Positions 25,077 to 35,423 of a DNA stretch of 54,255 nucleotides are shown here, piece after piece; positions within the stretch are counted from its first letter, which is position 1, and each line of letters begins with the position of its first letter. Origin of the DNA: an archaeon (GTDB lineage Archaea; Nanobdellota; Nanobdellia; Pacearchaeales; GW2011-AR1); NCBI GenBank assembly GCA_043810775.1, contig JBDRNU010000011.1, positions 1 through 54,255 of the forward strand. The letters are read 5' to 3'. Made by a program: the position numbers and the translations under genes. The notes under the pieces were generated by a model that made no database searches, had not been told where the DNA came from, and saw only the letters and a program-made list of their open reading frames with translations.

Positions 25077-27259
25077 TTTTCAATATAACTATAAAGCAAG
25101 TTAGCACCAGTAGGACTGTACCTAAAAGCTTCCCTTTGAGGATTTTTCCAATCAACTACGCTAATCTGCTTATTATTTTTATCAGTAATAAATAATAAAT
25201 CATCGACAAATCTCAATTTATAAACATCAGGCTCACAACCTAGATTTAAATCATCTCCTCTTAAAACTGTCTCTCCTTTTGTTCCAAAAATTCCATCTAA
25301 ACCTTTATAAATTCTTATTTTAATTCCATCTTCAGGGTCAACACTTGCTAAAACTACACGCTCATTTTCATCACTAGCTAAATCATAAACCCCTCCAGAA
25401 CTTGAAAAAGACTTGCATCCCAAACCACTACTTAAATCAACTAAAACAGCTTTTTCCTTTAAAGAAGAACTTCCACTAATAACACTAATTCCCTGATTAA
25501 AATTCCTTAATTCAAGAATAGGAATTTCTGTTTCTAAAGTTCTTTTTGGTTTTCTAACTGAATTTTCATTCCACTCATATAATTGATTCCCACTGGCACC
25601 ATAAATCTTCAAACCATCAGTTAAATTAACAGCAATAACACTCTGAACTTTATCTAAACCATAATAACTAACTTCTTCTCCATTTTCCATAAACCTTCTA
25701 ATTGCACTGTCTCCACTTGAAAAAGAAACGTAAAAATCTTCCTCATGTGGAAAAATTGAAGAGGGCCTCTCACTTCTAAGGTCAATATGGCTCTTTAGAT
25801 TTCCATTTCTTAAATCCCATACAACTGCTCCGTATCCACTTTCTTTAGTGCCTTTTATTCTCGTCTCATAAATTGCATATAGTCTCTCTCCATCAACACA
25901 AAAATCAAGAAATCCTGAATTTTTTCCAATATCTAACTCAAAGAATCTTTTTGCCTGATTTGACTTAAAATCATATTCTACAAATCTCTTTACAGCACCT
26001 CCAGCAGTTCTATCATATGCATATAATTTCACTTCTAAATCACTTGGAATTTCTACTTTTCCTTTTTCAAGTCTTTCTTCTGTAAAGACTCCTCCTATAC
26101 CTCCATAAGCTTCCTCAATTCTAGGCCCCCTAAAATCAGGAGGCTCAAATCTCTCTTCCTTATTTTTAGTATTATCTAGCTTCTCACTAGCTAAACCTGC
26201 ATCATTTAAATGTCCTCTAAGCTCTTTAGCTCTTTCAGCCTCCATCTCTTTATCTTTTTCAGCCATTCTTCCCATTAAATGAACATTAGGTCTCGCAGTC
26301 CTTTCGTCTAAATAAGTTGGAACTTCCAGATAAAGGCCATTTCTAAAACAAGATGCATTCACCAAGTCGCTAAAAACAAAGCCATAAACAAAATCTCTTA
26401 CAGCATTTCCAGTGTCTCTGTCAGTTGGCTTTTCATTAAGCTCAAACTTCTGAATCAATTTTACAACACTCTCATAAGCATACCTTTCTACAAATTTTGC
26501 CATAAGATTCTGCAAGCCAGGATCAACCTCTCCTCTCTCTCCAACTTTTTCTCCAACCCACCCACTCCCTTTATTAACTTTTAATCCATTTATAACAGGC
26601 CACGGATTATGATGATAACCAATACAAAAAGCTTGAGTTTTCCAGGATCTCTGCTCGTCCCCACTTTTACCTAAAAACTCATTGTATAAAGCCAAATCTA
26701 ATCTATTCTTATCAACCTGGCTGCATCCTGAAATCTGAAAAGGGTTTAAATCACTCTCATCTGCTAGCTTATAAGCTAACATTTCAGGAAGGCTTGTAAC
26801 AACATGAACATGCCCCTTATATCCTTGCAAAACAGGAATTATCTGGTCTATAATTGGAAGATTATCTTTTCCAGCTTGAATTCTATCTAAATGATGTGGA
26901 GACATATGAGCAGTTAAAATAAAAAGATCAATATCATCTAAAAAATCTTCAATTTTTTTATGCTTAACAGAAATAGGTCTAATTTCAGGAGCAGAAGGCC
27001 CCCAATCCCTTGACTCTAATTCATGTTCAGCTGCTTTCCTAGAAGCCACAGCCTCATCATACTCTCTGCCGCTAATGTAAATTCTTTCAATCTTCCCACG
27101 AAACTTCTCATGCGAAGAAAAAATACTTGATATAGACCTATCTGCAATATCTCCAGGCCCATAAAACATAATATTGCATTTTTCTATATGCTCATATACT
27201 GCAGAATCTAAAAAATCTAAACCAGCTCTTAATTTTCCTGCATCTATTTTTATCTTCAT
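25070..27259 (-). CDS. Degenerate LDH/MDH-like domain fused to beta-rich (propeller-like) domain
   Basis: DLFILTA...DR...N..I, VHVVTSLPE, ISGCSQVDKNRL and IGYH echo LDH/MDH motifs; the C-terminal half is repeated short beta strands. Confidence 0.6.
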   Translation of the reverse strand: MKIKIDAGKLRAGLDFLDSAVYEHIEKCNIMFYGPGDIADRSISSIFSSHEKFRGKIERIYISGREYDEAVASRKAAEHELESRDWGPSAPEIRPISVKHKKIEDFLDDIDLFILTAHMSPHHLDRIQAGKDNLPIIDQIIPVLQGYKGHVHVVTSLPEMLAYKLADESDLNPFQISGCSQVDKNRLDLALYNEFLGKSGDEQRSWKTQAFCIGYHHNPWPVINGLKVNKGSGWVGEKVGERGEVDPGLQNLMAKFVERYAYESVVKLIQKFELNEKPTDRDTGNAVRDFVYGFVFSDLVNASCFRNGLYLEVPTYLDERTARPNVHLMGRMAEKDKEMEAERAKELRGHLNDAGLASEKLDNTKNKEERFEPPDFRGPRIEEAYGGIGGVFTEERLEKGKVEIPSDLEVKLYAYDRTAGGAVKRFVEYDFKSNQAKRFFELDIGKNSGFLDFCVDGERLYAIYETRIKGTKESGYGAVVWDLRNGNLKSHIDLRSERPSSIFPHEEDFYVSFSSGDSAIRRFMENGEEVSYYGLDKVQSVIAVNLTDGLKIYGASGNQLYEWNENSVRKPKRTLETEIPILELRNFNQGISVISGSSSLKEKAVLVDLSSGLGCKSFSSSGGVYDLASDENERVVLASVDPEDGIKIRIYKGLDGIFGTKGETVLRGDDLNLGCEPDVYKLRFVDDLLFITDKNNKQISVVDWKNPQREAFRYSPTGANLLYSYIEKC

Positions 27260-27333
27260 ATTGCTTTATTTTTTTTAATTTAAGATAGTATACACTATCT
27301 TACCTCTACAGCTCTGAAGAGATAAAAGGTCTT

Positions 27334-27353
27334 GTTGTAGCTTGCAAGACTAC
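27334..27353. promoter_or_regulatory. Putative operator GTTGTAGCTTGCAAGACTAC in the divergent promoter region, next to TATA-like TTATATA
   Basis: 14/20 identity to the site at 34944 and 37915; imperfect palindrome. Confidence 0.55.
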
Positions 27354-27421
27354 AAAATTATATATAAGATTACCCCCAGTCTTCATATAGTTACTTTAGT
27401 ATAGTAACATTTATATAACTT

Positions 27422-28177
27422 ATGATTCTTGGAAAGCTAATATATATTTTTAAAATGGACGAAGATATCTTAACAGAACTAGGTTTAAGTCAGAACGAAG
27501 CAAAAGTATATGTTTCACTTCTAAAACTGGGCGTAACCACTACGACTTATGTTGCTAAAGAATCTAAACTACATAGGTCTAATGTATATGATTCTATGAA
27601 AAAACTAGTTGAAAAAGGTCTTGCTTCATACATTAAAAAAGAAAAAGTAACCTTATATGAAGCTTGCAACCCTAAATTTTTCCTTAATATACTTAAAGAA
27701 AGAGAGGAAAAATTCAGGGAAATTATGCCTCAATTAGAGCTTAGGAAAAACCTAGCTCCAGGAAGCCAAGCTCACGTGTTTGAAGGAGTTCCAGCATTTA
27801 TGAAAGTGCTTTATGGTCTTCTTGATTACAAAGAACCTATACTCATATATGGTTTACCTCAAGTTGCTCCAGAAGTAGTGAAGTATGAGATACCTCATTT
27901 TCACAGAGAAAGAATAAAGAAGAAAATTCAAATGGACCATATTTATAACTCTCAAGCAAAAGAAAGAAGAGAGTATCTGAATAAAATGTCATATACAACT
28001 GCAAAATATCTTCCACCTTCATTTGATTCTCAAGCATCAACAACAGTATGCGGCGACCAAGTTATCTTAAACTTCTGGACAACTAAACCTCTTTTGACAA
28101 TACAGATTAAAAACCAGGCAATTGCAGAAACCTACAAAAAATACTTCGCCCTGCTTTTTAAAGCTGCAAAATACTAA
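27422..28177 (+). CDS. TrmB-family transcriptional regulator
   Basis: LGLSQNEAKVYVSLL...LHRSNVYDSMKKLVEKGLA wHTH plus effector-type C-terminal domain; likely start 27455 (MDEDIL). Confidence 0.9.
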   Translation: MILGKLIYIFKMDEDILTELGLSQNEAKVYVSLLKLGVTTTTYVAKESKLHRSNVYDSMKKLVEKGLASYIKKEKVTLYEACNPKFFLNILKEREEKFREIMPQLELRKNLAPGSQAHVFEGVPAFMKVLYGLLDYKEPILIYGLPQVAPEVVKYEIPHFHRERIKKKIQMDHIYNSQAKERREYLNKMSYTTAKYLPPSFDSQASTTVCGDQVILNFWTTKPLLTIQIKNQAIAETYKKYFALLFKAAKY

Positions 28178-30579
28178 GCGGCTATTTCTTTGCAGCTAGT
28201 AATATAGTCACTAAGAGTAGCCATCATATCAGATACCACCTTCCCACAGCCATTATTTCCACCTATACCTCTTGCAATATGTTCCTGCTTTCTTGTATCA
28301 TCTAAAACCATTTTTAATCTCTCCATATACTCAATATCCTCTCTTTTTCCAGAAGGTCTTGTTTCTGATAGCTCTCTTGTAAATCTTTTAAACCTCTGAA
28401 AATAATCGGCTTCAAAATCCCCCACTAAAATATTGCTAAACCCAAAATAATGAGTATTTGAAGGAATTCCCAGATTTTCTACTCTTGCTCCTAAAGACAA
28501 CTCAAATCTCGAATCATCAACAATAATTTTAATAGGTTTTTCAGCTCTCTTTCTATTCCTAAGATAATCAGCACTAATGCCCAATTCATTCTCACTCCAA
28601 GAATGCTCATCATTAAAACTAAACCATATCTCCTGATAATCTCTCCTAGTTCTAGCTGGCTCTCTTTCCTGAATTTTCTTTTCAGTTGGCTTAAAACACC
28701 AGTCAGTTATAATCCAATTATCATCTCCCTCCCTTAAATACAACCCCCAACTATGCCCCTCCCCCTCAGCCTTTCCGCACGCATTTTTAATCCTATAAGC
28801 AGGTACTCCTGCTACCCTAGCCAGTGATACTACTAAATTAGTTCCATCTTCACAATCACCAGCTTTCGTCTGCACAGTCTCACTTGGAAACAACCACTCT
28901 TCCGGATAATCACTAAGCTGAATATCAGAAGTATAAACTACATTTTCCTTTACATATTTTTCGCACCTATAAACAGTATCATCATGGCTCTCTCCTCTTA
29001 AATTATTTTCTTCCACTATTGCCTCTAAAATATTATTCCTTGATTGAATAAAATCCCTTACATCCCACACCCTCCCATCCCTGGCTTCATAAACTATCTT
29101 ATCATTAACAGAATATTTATTATTCCAGCTTTCAGCTTTTTGCTCTTCTGTCTGAACTTCTAAATACCTATTTAATTCTTTTTGCGCACCGCCCAATTCT
29201 TGGGATAATTTAGATAATCTCAGATTATCTCTGCTATTACTACTTTTTAAACCCTCAAGTTCAACCTCTAATTCACCAGCTTTTTTACTATGTCTCTCAA
29301 TTTCTTTCTGGGCTTCAATAGTTTTCTGCTTGTACTTCTTAGCTTCATCTAATTGTCTTCTTAAACTACTTGCTTCTTGTTTAGCCTTGCTTAAATTATT
29401 TTCATAATCTACTCTTGCTGTCCTAACATTAAATAAACTTCTCGCTTTCTCAAGCCTTTCTCCAACATCCTGAATTCCGCTAAATTGCTCATATAACTTA
29501 AAAGCAAACTCAGCTTTAGAATCATCTTCAAGTACTTGGGCAAAAACCTTATCGATCTGCTCTAAAAATTCATCTCTAACTAAATTGACATACTCTCTTA
29601 ATCCTTCTTTATCAATATCTCCCCTTAACTTGCTGATTTTTTCATCTGGAATCTCTCCTAACTCAATATAAATTCCTCCAAGCCTGTCAATCCTATCTAA
29701 GCTTGCTCCAAAACTTGCATATTCAGTTCTTAATTTATCTGTCTCTTTTCTTAATCTAGAAGTTAAATTCCTGGTAGCTTCAAACTGCTTAAAATTTTTT
29801 ACTAAGCTCTCAGAATCTTTTTTTATTTCCTCAAGTCTCACAATTCCCTCTACATAATCTGCCTCCTTGCATTTCTTTCCTAAAGTATCTCCAGAAAAAA
29901 TTCCTCTCCGAGTTTCTTTGCCTACTTGATTAGAAAATTCAGCTAGCTCTTCTCTAGAATTCTTTGTATAATAATCTCCTATTAAAACCTCAATTTCTGC
30001 ATCTAGCTTCTCAATCTTTTTTTTCTTTTCTCTGTAATCTTCAAAAGTTGTTCTTGAAGACTTGCTTTTTTTTTCGTCTAAATCTCTCTGAACAAAAATC
30101 TTCTCCAAAGTCTCAAACTGAACCAAATACTTGTCAAGCTGTTCTCTTGCTTTTTCAACCTGAGTTAAAGAGCTCTTCTTATCTCTTATTATCTTATATC
30201 CTTCCTTAAACTCAATTTCCGTTTCACTAAGCTTTCCTTCTACAGCCTCATCTAACTTATCTCCGACAAAAACTACTTTAGCAGCAAGATGATAATAAGG
30301 GGGGTAGCTAAGATTCATTTCTACTAAATCTAGAGTAATTTCTTCAATAGGATTAAGAATATTATGGCTTTCTAATAACTCTCCTAAATCTAATTTTCTT
30401 TCTTCAGAAAGTCTCTCTTGAACTTTCTGAACTCTTTCATTTCCATTATATAAAAAAGGCAAAATACTATCTAAGGGAGGAAGCAAATCACTAATATCAA
30501 CCCTAGGCCCCAAATCTACCTCTTCTTCTAGCATTTCTTCAAATCTTTTTAATAAATCTTTATCGCGTATCATTTTCAA
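28174..30579 (-). CDS. Long coiled-coil protein with transglutaminase-like (Cys-His-Asp) domain
   Basis: Heptad-rich N-terminal region; WLFPSETV, GDCEDG, GHSW and ITDW triad motifs. Confidence 0.82.
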   Translation of the reverse strand: MKMIRDKDLLKRFEEMLEEEVDLGPRVDISDLLPPLDSILPFLYNGNERVQKVQERLSEERKLDLGELLESHNILNPIEEITLDLVEMNLSYPPYYHLAAKVVFVGDKLDEAVEGKLSETEIEFKEGYKIIRDKKSSLTQVEKAREQLDKYLVQFETLEKIFVQRDLDEKKSKSSRTTFEDYREKKKKIEKLDAEIEVLIGDYYTKNSREELAEFSNQVGKETRRGIFSGDTLGKKCKEADYVEGIVRLEEIKKDSESLVKNFKQFEATRNLTSRLRKETDKLRTEYASFGASLDRIDRLGGIYIELGEIPDEKISKLRGDIDKEGLREYVNLVRDEFLEQIDKVFAQVLEDDSKAEFAFKLYEQFSGIQDVGERLEKARSLFNVRTARVDYENNLSKAKQEASSLRRQLDEAKKYKQKTIEAQKEIERHSKKAGELEVELEGLKSSNSRDNLRLSKLSQELGGAQKELNRYLEVQTEEQKAESWNNKYSVNDKIVYEARDGRVWDVRDFIQSRNNILEAIVEENNLRGESHDDTVYRCEKYVKENVVYTSDIQLSDYPEEWLFPSETVQTKAGDCEDGTNLVVSLARVAGVPAYRIKNACGKAEGEGHSWGLYLREGDDNWIITDWCFKPTEKKIQEREPARTRRDYQEIWFSFNDEHSWSENELGISADYLRNRKRAEKPIKIIVDDSRFELSLGARVENLGIPSNTHYFGFSNILVGDFEADYFQRFKRFTRELSETRPSGKREDIEYMERLKMVLDDTRKQEHIARGIGGNNGCGKVVSDMMATLSDYITSCKEIAA

Positions 30580-32006
30580 TAGGTTGTAGGAGCAGGCAAA
30601 AGCCTGCTCTTATCTGCAGCGAGATCTGCTATCTCAATTACTTCCCCAGTTTTATAATCCGGAGTATAAATACAGCTTCCCTCTATCTGCGAATAAATCC
30701 ACTCATCAACTATTCTAGGATACTCTCTTAACAAAGTTTCTTGATTTCCATTTCTTATTCCTACTTCTCCTAACCTTATGTCATAAATTCCCTGCCTAAA
30801 ACAATCTGCCCAATTAGGTTCCTCCTGGTTGAATTCAACATCTCCATTAAAAGACCTTAAAGTTCTCAAGAAGTGAGGATGATACATTTGAAATCCATTA
30901 AAAACATCTTCTAAATTAAGAACAACATAGCTTTTATCATCAACTTCTAGCTTTCTCCTATCAGGAGAAAAAAACTTTCCAATTGCCTCAAATAAATTTA
31001 AATAATGATCAAGATAAGCCTGAGTCTTATTAACTCTTGGAAAAGTTGTCTCTAAATAACCTAAAAAAGGATTAATAACATGAATATTTTCTGCGCGCCT
31101 TATATGCTCAATTCTTTCAGAAAGACTAGCTTCTAAAGACGCCCTATCATCTCCAACACCAACAATCATTCTTCTTGAAACCTTATCTCTAATAATTGCA
31201 TCAATGTGCTCTCTTGAATTATCAGTCTCTAAAATAAGAAATCTCCTCTGCAACTCCCTATCATACTTAAAATCATTTTCAGTAGCAATTGTAGTTGCAA
31301 ATACCTTTCCTTCAGCCTCAATTCTATAAGTATCAACTCCAGTCCTATCACTATTTGTAACTTTTCTAGTAGGATCTTTACCCTCTCCCAAACTTTTTAA
31401 AAATTCAATCATTCCTGACACCTTATTTTTTTTATCAGCAACTGCTTTTTGCAATTCAGGAACATAAAGTATCTTACTTCCATTAATTTCATCTGCCTGC
31501 CTCCAAATTGCCTGCTCAGAACTTAATCCAATTTCATAAACTCCATCAAACAATCCTAAAACAGTTTTCATAAGATAGCTTTTTCCACTTCCAGAATCCC
31601 CTTCTAAAATTACATGAATTCCATTAGCTAAAGATAAAGTGGCTAAAATTCCATTTGCTTCCTCGCCCACTACCTGATTATTTTGCAAATACTGGGTAAT
31701 AGAATGTAAATTTAGCTCTCTCCCAATTACAGGCCTTTCTATAATCTCAATTCTGCTTGATTCCCCATTTCCAGGCTCGCTCAAGAAGTCGCCTTTTTTT
31801 TCTACCTGAACTACTGACTCAATTACTTCAACTCTTGGCTGTTCAGCCACTGCTACAGGAGTCTCATAAATCACTTTAAGCTGTTCAACTTTTTCTTCAA
31901 TACCTCTATTTTTTCCTAGAAAAATTCCAAAAAAATCTCTAAATATTTCCTTGGCTTCATTAGTTTCAAGATCTTCCTCACTCAATGGCTTGCTTAAATC
32001 TATCAT
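30576..32006 (-). CDS. AAA+ P-loop ATPase (MoxR/MCM-like clade)
   Basis: GDSGSGKS Walker A, atypical Walker B ILYVPE, DRELQRRF Arg finger. Confidence 0.78.
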   Translation of the reverse strand: MIDLSKPLSEEDLETNEAKEIFRDFFGIFLGKNRGIEEKVEQLKVIYETPVAVAEQPRVEVIESVVQVEKKGDFLSEPGNGESSRIEIIERPVIGRELNLHSITQYLQNNQVVGEEANGILATLSLANGIHVILEGDSGSGKSYLMKTVLGLFDGVYEIGLSSEQAIWRQADEINGSKILYVPELQKAVADKKNKVSGMIEFLKSLGEGKDPTRKVTNSDRTGVDTYRIEAEGKVFATTIATENDFKYDRELQRRFLILETDNSREHIDAIIRDKVSRRMIVGVGDDRASLEASLSERIEHIRRAENIHVINPFLGYLETTFPRVNKTQAYLDHYLNLFEAIGKFFSPDRRKLEVDDKSYVVLNLEDVFNGFQMYHPHFLRTLRSFNGDVEFNQEEPNWADCFRQGIYDIRLGEVGIRNGNQETLLREYPRIVDEWIYSQIEGSCIYTPDYKTGEVIEIADLAADKSRLLPAPTTY

Positions 32007-33595
32007 CTTCTATACTCCTGAGAGTCTTTGTGGGCTCTCTCTTTATGCTCAACAAAATTATTTACTCTTCCCTGCAAATTGCTATAATCAATTCTCTTAA
32101 AAAGAGAGGGAATATGCTGAATCTGCCTCTGATAATCTCCTCTTAATTCATGAACCTCTCCTAACTTATCCCAGCTAAATGAATCTCCAATAGCCCTTTC
32201 ACAAATTTTTGTAACATCTCTTCCAGATAAAACATATTTCATAGAAAGATTCCCCAACTGCTTTAAATCTCCATCAGAAACAGAAACATAACCTTCTCTG
32301 ACTCCTTTTTCAAGTTTATACTTCCATAAACTAAAATATTGCTCTTCTGTTGTTGGACCTTGCCAATTAATAATATTAAACCTGCTCTGATGAGTAGCTC
32401 TTAAATTACCAACATCATTTATATTTCCAATTAACAAATAGTTTCCTTTATTAGGGTACTCTCCATCTAAAAACTTATTAAACTCTTGAACAACATCCTG
32501 ATTAGAATTCTGCCCATTAGCTGACTTCCTATCTTCAAGCATACCATCAATTTCATCCTGATATACTAAGAAAATTCTTCTCTCAGAGGAAATCTGATGA
32601 AACTGACTTTTTAACTTCTGAATTCTCCCATCAACATAAGAAGAGTCAATATCAAATTTAGTTACTAAAAGGTTTCCTCCCAATCTATCATTTAGCTGCT
32701 CAGCAAAATCAATTGAATGATATGAAACAGCACCTTTTCCCTGCCCATGAAGTCCTTGCAATAAAATTGCATTTTGAAATATTCTTGCATCTCTCATAGG
32801 ATTTCTATCAATATTTGAATCATACAGGAAAAGGCATCTAACCATTCTTTCTAAATAAGTAATTGTCTCCTGATCTCCCACAATCCTATCTTTAGCTAAT
32901 CTTTTGTCATCAGGAATTTTCAAATATTTCAAAGGAGTATTAAACTGCTGCTTTTCTCTAACTTGAATATTACTTGAAGAATTTCCATTGCTCGCTGCAA
33001 TTACAGCATGCAGGCCATCAACATCATACGGTCCAATTGTCCACTGAATCTGGCTTATCTTTTCAAGCTCTCCTTTTTGCAAAGCCCCGCTCAATTCTAC
33101 ATTAACCTGATTGCTATATTCAGAAAAATAATCAACAATTGATTGAAAAGGAGACCCCTTAGAACCAATCACATGCTCAACCATCCCCTCCAAAGCCATC
33201 TTTACAGTTGAAAACTCTGTCTTGCCTCTTTCAACTAGTTGTTTATCTAACTTTTTCTTTCCCTGAACAAGAGAATTAGTTCCTCCCTGTCCAACTGTTC
33301 TTTCTGCATCCTGAGAAGCAACTCTTGAAGCAATATAAGCAGAATATAATATAAGTAAATCATCTCTGCTTCTAATAGTATTTAATCCAGAATCTTTTCT
33401 AAACTCTTCCTCAACTAAATGCAAGCTTCCTCCGAATAGCATACTTGTATCCCTAACTATATCCGGAAGGGAATCAACTCCAGTTCCAGCTGCCCTGCTT
33501 TTCTCACTAAGAGAACTTAAAAGATTCCTATACTTGATTCTAGCAGATCTTATATGATGCTCAAATATTTCATCATCTACAACTTTCTTTATCAT
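32003..33595 (-). CDS. AAA ATPase (classic-clade-like) with helical N-domain
   Basis: ILLQGLHGQGKG, VYQDEIDG, EFNKFLDG, SRF, LSGRDVTKICERA. Confidence 0.8.
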   Translation of the reverse strand: MIKKVVDDEIFEHHIRSARIKYRNLLSSLSEKSRAAGTGVDSLPDIVRDTSMLFGGSLHLVEEEFRKDSGLNTIRSRDDLLILYSAYIASRVASQDAERTVGQGGTNSLVQGKKKLDKQLVERGKTEFSTVKMALEGMVEHVIGSKGSPFQSIVDYFSEYSNQVNVELSGALQKGELEKISQIQWTIGPYDVDGLHAVIAASNGNSSSNIQVREKQQFNTPLKYLKIPDDKRLAKDRIVGDQETITYLERMVRCLFLYDSNIDRNPMRDARIFQNAILLQGLHGQGKGAVSYHSIDFAEQLNDRLGGNLLVTKFDIDSSYVDGRIQKLKSQFHQISSERRIFLVYQDEIDGMLEDRKSANGQNSNQDVVQEFNKFLDGEYPNKGNYLLIGNINDVGNLRATHQSRFNIINWQGPTTEEQYFSLWKYKLEKGVREGYVSVSDGDLKQLGNLSMKYVLSGRDVTKICERAIGDSFSWDKLGEVHELRGDYQRQIQHIPSLFKRIDYSNLQGRVNNFVEHKERAHKDSQEYRR

Positions 33596-33630
33596 GTGAT
33601 TTTTTTATTTTAAAAAAAAAGAAAAAAAAT

Positions 33631-34878
33631 TTAAGTGTAAACTTGTTTTCTTAAACGAGCTTTCAAGGATTCAACTCTCTCATCTCTCTCAGTCTTCATG
33701 CTATCAACCATGCCTTGAAGTTCCCTATTACTAGCGGCATAAGGAGCATCTCCTAAATCAGCTTCTTGCTTAGCCAAATTTCTATAGGCTCTCTTAGCAA
33801 ATCCACTAAAAATAATCCCTACACCTTCAGCTTGACCAATATATTCATGAGCTTGCTCTACAGTCATTACATGGTCTGTAACAACAACCATATCTTGCTT
33901 ACTCTGTCGATAGTTCTCAATCCTATTTATTGCTGCATTTAATCTAGCTAAAGATCTTCTGCTCTTAGCCACAGCTACTTCCCTTACAGAAACTCTGTCT
34001 TGTATAGAATCAATCTCATACTCACTTACATCTAACCTGTTCGCAATGTCATCCCTTACATAAGCAAATTTCTCTCTGTCTGCTTTATACTTCATTAAAA
34101 GTGCATTCTGCTGAGCTCTCTGTTGCATCAAGGCTTTATCTTGTGGACTTACTGCCAGCTTTTCATTAATACCTTTAATATTAGTTGTAGCTTGTTCAAC
34201 TATTCCATCAAGCTTTGTCATAGCTCCGTATAAAAAGTCATCAAAATCAGCAAGCCAAATTGCTCCTTCTTCTACCTCTCTAAGCCCATCTCTTAAGCCC
34301 TTGCCATTTCTTGAACCAGTAGCCCTCTCATTAATATAACCTACAAGAGCCTGATACTTTGAATCTTGTTTCATATAATCTGGTATATCTTTAAGAACTT
34401 CTGCATAAAGCTCACCATTACTAGCCTTGCGTGTCCCTCCCCTCAATTCACTAAGAAAAGTATCTAACTGGCTTTCAAGTTTATCTTTCTGCTTTGTTAT
34501 TTTTTTCAAAAAACGTCCAGCTTCCCAATTATATAGATTCACTCCAAAATGCTTGGAAAAGTCATAAACAGATGTCTTTCTAGCTATTTTAGAAGCATAA
34601 GCTTCTTGTTCTTCCTTCCCCATACTTTCAAGTTTTGGAGGACTAAACAAGAATAAAGCCATCCTATCTGCAATAGCTAGCTGTTCTAATAAATCAGGCG
34701 CTTCGCTCTGCTGGCCATTATTTTTATTAGGGAAATACTTGGCATAATATTCCTTGAGCTTACCTTCAGCTTCTATCTCATCAACAGTTACCCCTAAACT
34801 TCCAATCCCAATATCTTCCTGTCCTGGTTGCTCGTTAAGATTCTGCGATCTAACGCTTTCACCATCAAATGGTTCCAT
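33631..34878 (-). CDS. Helical coiled-coil protein
   Basis: Long ORF with strong SD GGAGGAGGT; heptad-rich; first gene of the 34878-28174 cluster. Confidence 0.8.
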   Translation of the reverse strand: MEPFDGESVRSQNLNEQPGQEDIGIGSLGVTVDEIEAEGKLKEYYAKYFPNKNNGQQSEAPDLLEQLAIADRMALFLFSPPKLESMGKEEQEAYASKIARKTSVYDFSKHFGVNLYNWEAGRFLKKITKQKDKLESQLDTFLSELRGGTRKASNGELYAEVLKDIPDYMKQDSKYQALVGYINERATGSRNGKGLRDGLREVEEGAIWLADFDDFLYGAMTKLDGIVEQATTNIKGINEKLAVSPQDKALMQQRAQQNALLMKYKADREKFAYVRDDIANRLDVSEYEIDSIQDRVSVREVAVAKSRRSLARLNAAINRIENYRQSKQDMVVVTDHVMTVEQAHEYIGQAEGVGIIFSGFAKRAYRNLAKQEADLGDAPYAASNRELQGMVDSMKTERDERVESLKARLRKQVYT

Positions 34879-34927
34879 TTTTTACCTCCTCCAATTTAAT
34901 TATTATCATGAAAATGCTAAGAATATT

Positions 34928-34964
34928 TTCTATATAAGAAAGAGTTGTAGTATCAAGGACAACA
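34928..34964 (-). promoter_or_regulatory. 37-bp promoter/operator module, copy 1
   Basis: ttctatataagaaagagttgtagtatcaaggacaaca; on the minus strand a palindrome GTTGT-N10-ACAAC followed by CTTATATA, upstream of ATG 34878. Confidence 0.8.
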
Positions 34965-34997
34965 TCTCCTATTATACCTAAAAAAGAATAAGATATT

Positions 34998-35180
34998 ATG
35001 GCAATTGAAGAGATTATTGAAAAAACTAGTGTAATTAAAGTTAATTCTGAAAGCTCAGATTATCAGCCATATACTAATACAACTTTTAAAAAATCACTTA
35101 AGAGTTATATAAAAAACTGCTTTGAATTATTTAATGAAAAGGGAATTCTAAAGTATATTTCTGTTCCTTCTTTTTCATGA
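34998..35180 (+). CDS. Small hypothetical protein
   Basis: 60-aa ATG ORF divergent from the operator module and filling intergenic space; no motif. Confidence 0.4.
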   Translation: MAIEEIIEKTSVIKVNSESSDYQPYTNTTFKKSLKSYIKNCFELFNEKGILKYISVPSFS

Positions 35181-35423
35181 ATACCAATTATTTTCCTCTT
35201 CTAATCGGATTTCAATAGGTTTTACTTGACTTTTAAATAATTTATATAGCTTTATCCTCCTTCCCAACTTAGCTTCTTCTTCCTCACTTAATGGGGAAGG
35301 ATTGAATTGATAAGGCCAAGGTATAATTAAATCTCTAGAAGTTGTTTTTCTAGATTTTCCATCCTCCAAATATTTTTCACAAAAATCTCTAAGTTTTTCT
35401 TCAGCTTCAATTTCATCTATCAT
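35175..35423 (-). CDS. Small protein similar to the N-terminus of 33631-34878
   Basis: MIDEIEAEEKLRDFCEKYL versus VDEIEAEGKLKEYYAKYF; ATG 35423 preferred over the 35510 start. Confidence 0.6.
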   Translation of the reverse strand: MIDEIEAEEKLRDFCEKYLEDGKSRKTTSRDLIIPWPYQFNPSPLSEEEEAKLGRRIKLYKLFKSQVKPIEIRLEEENNWYS

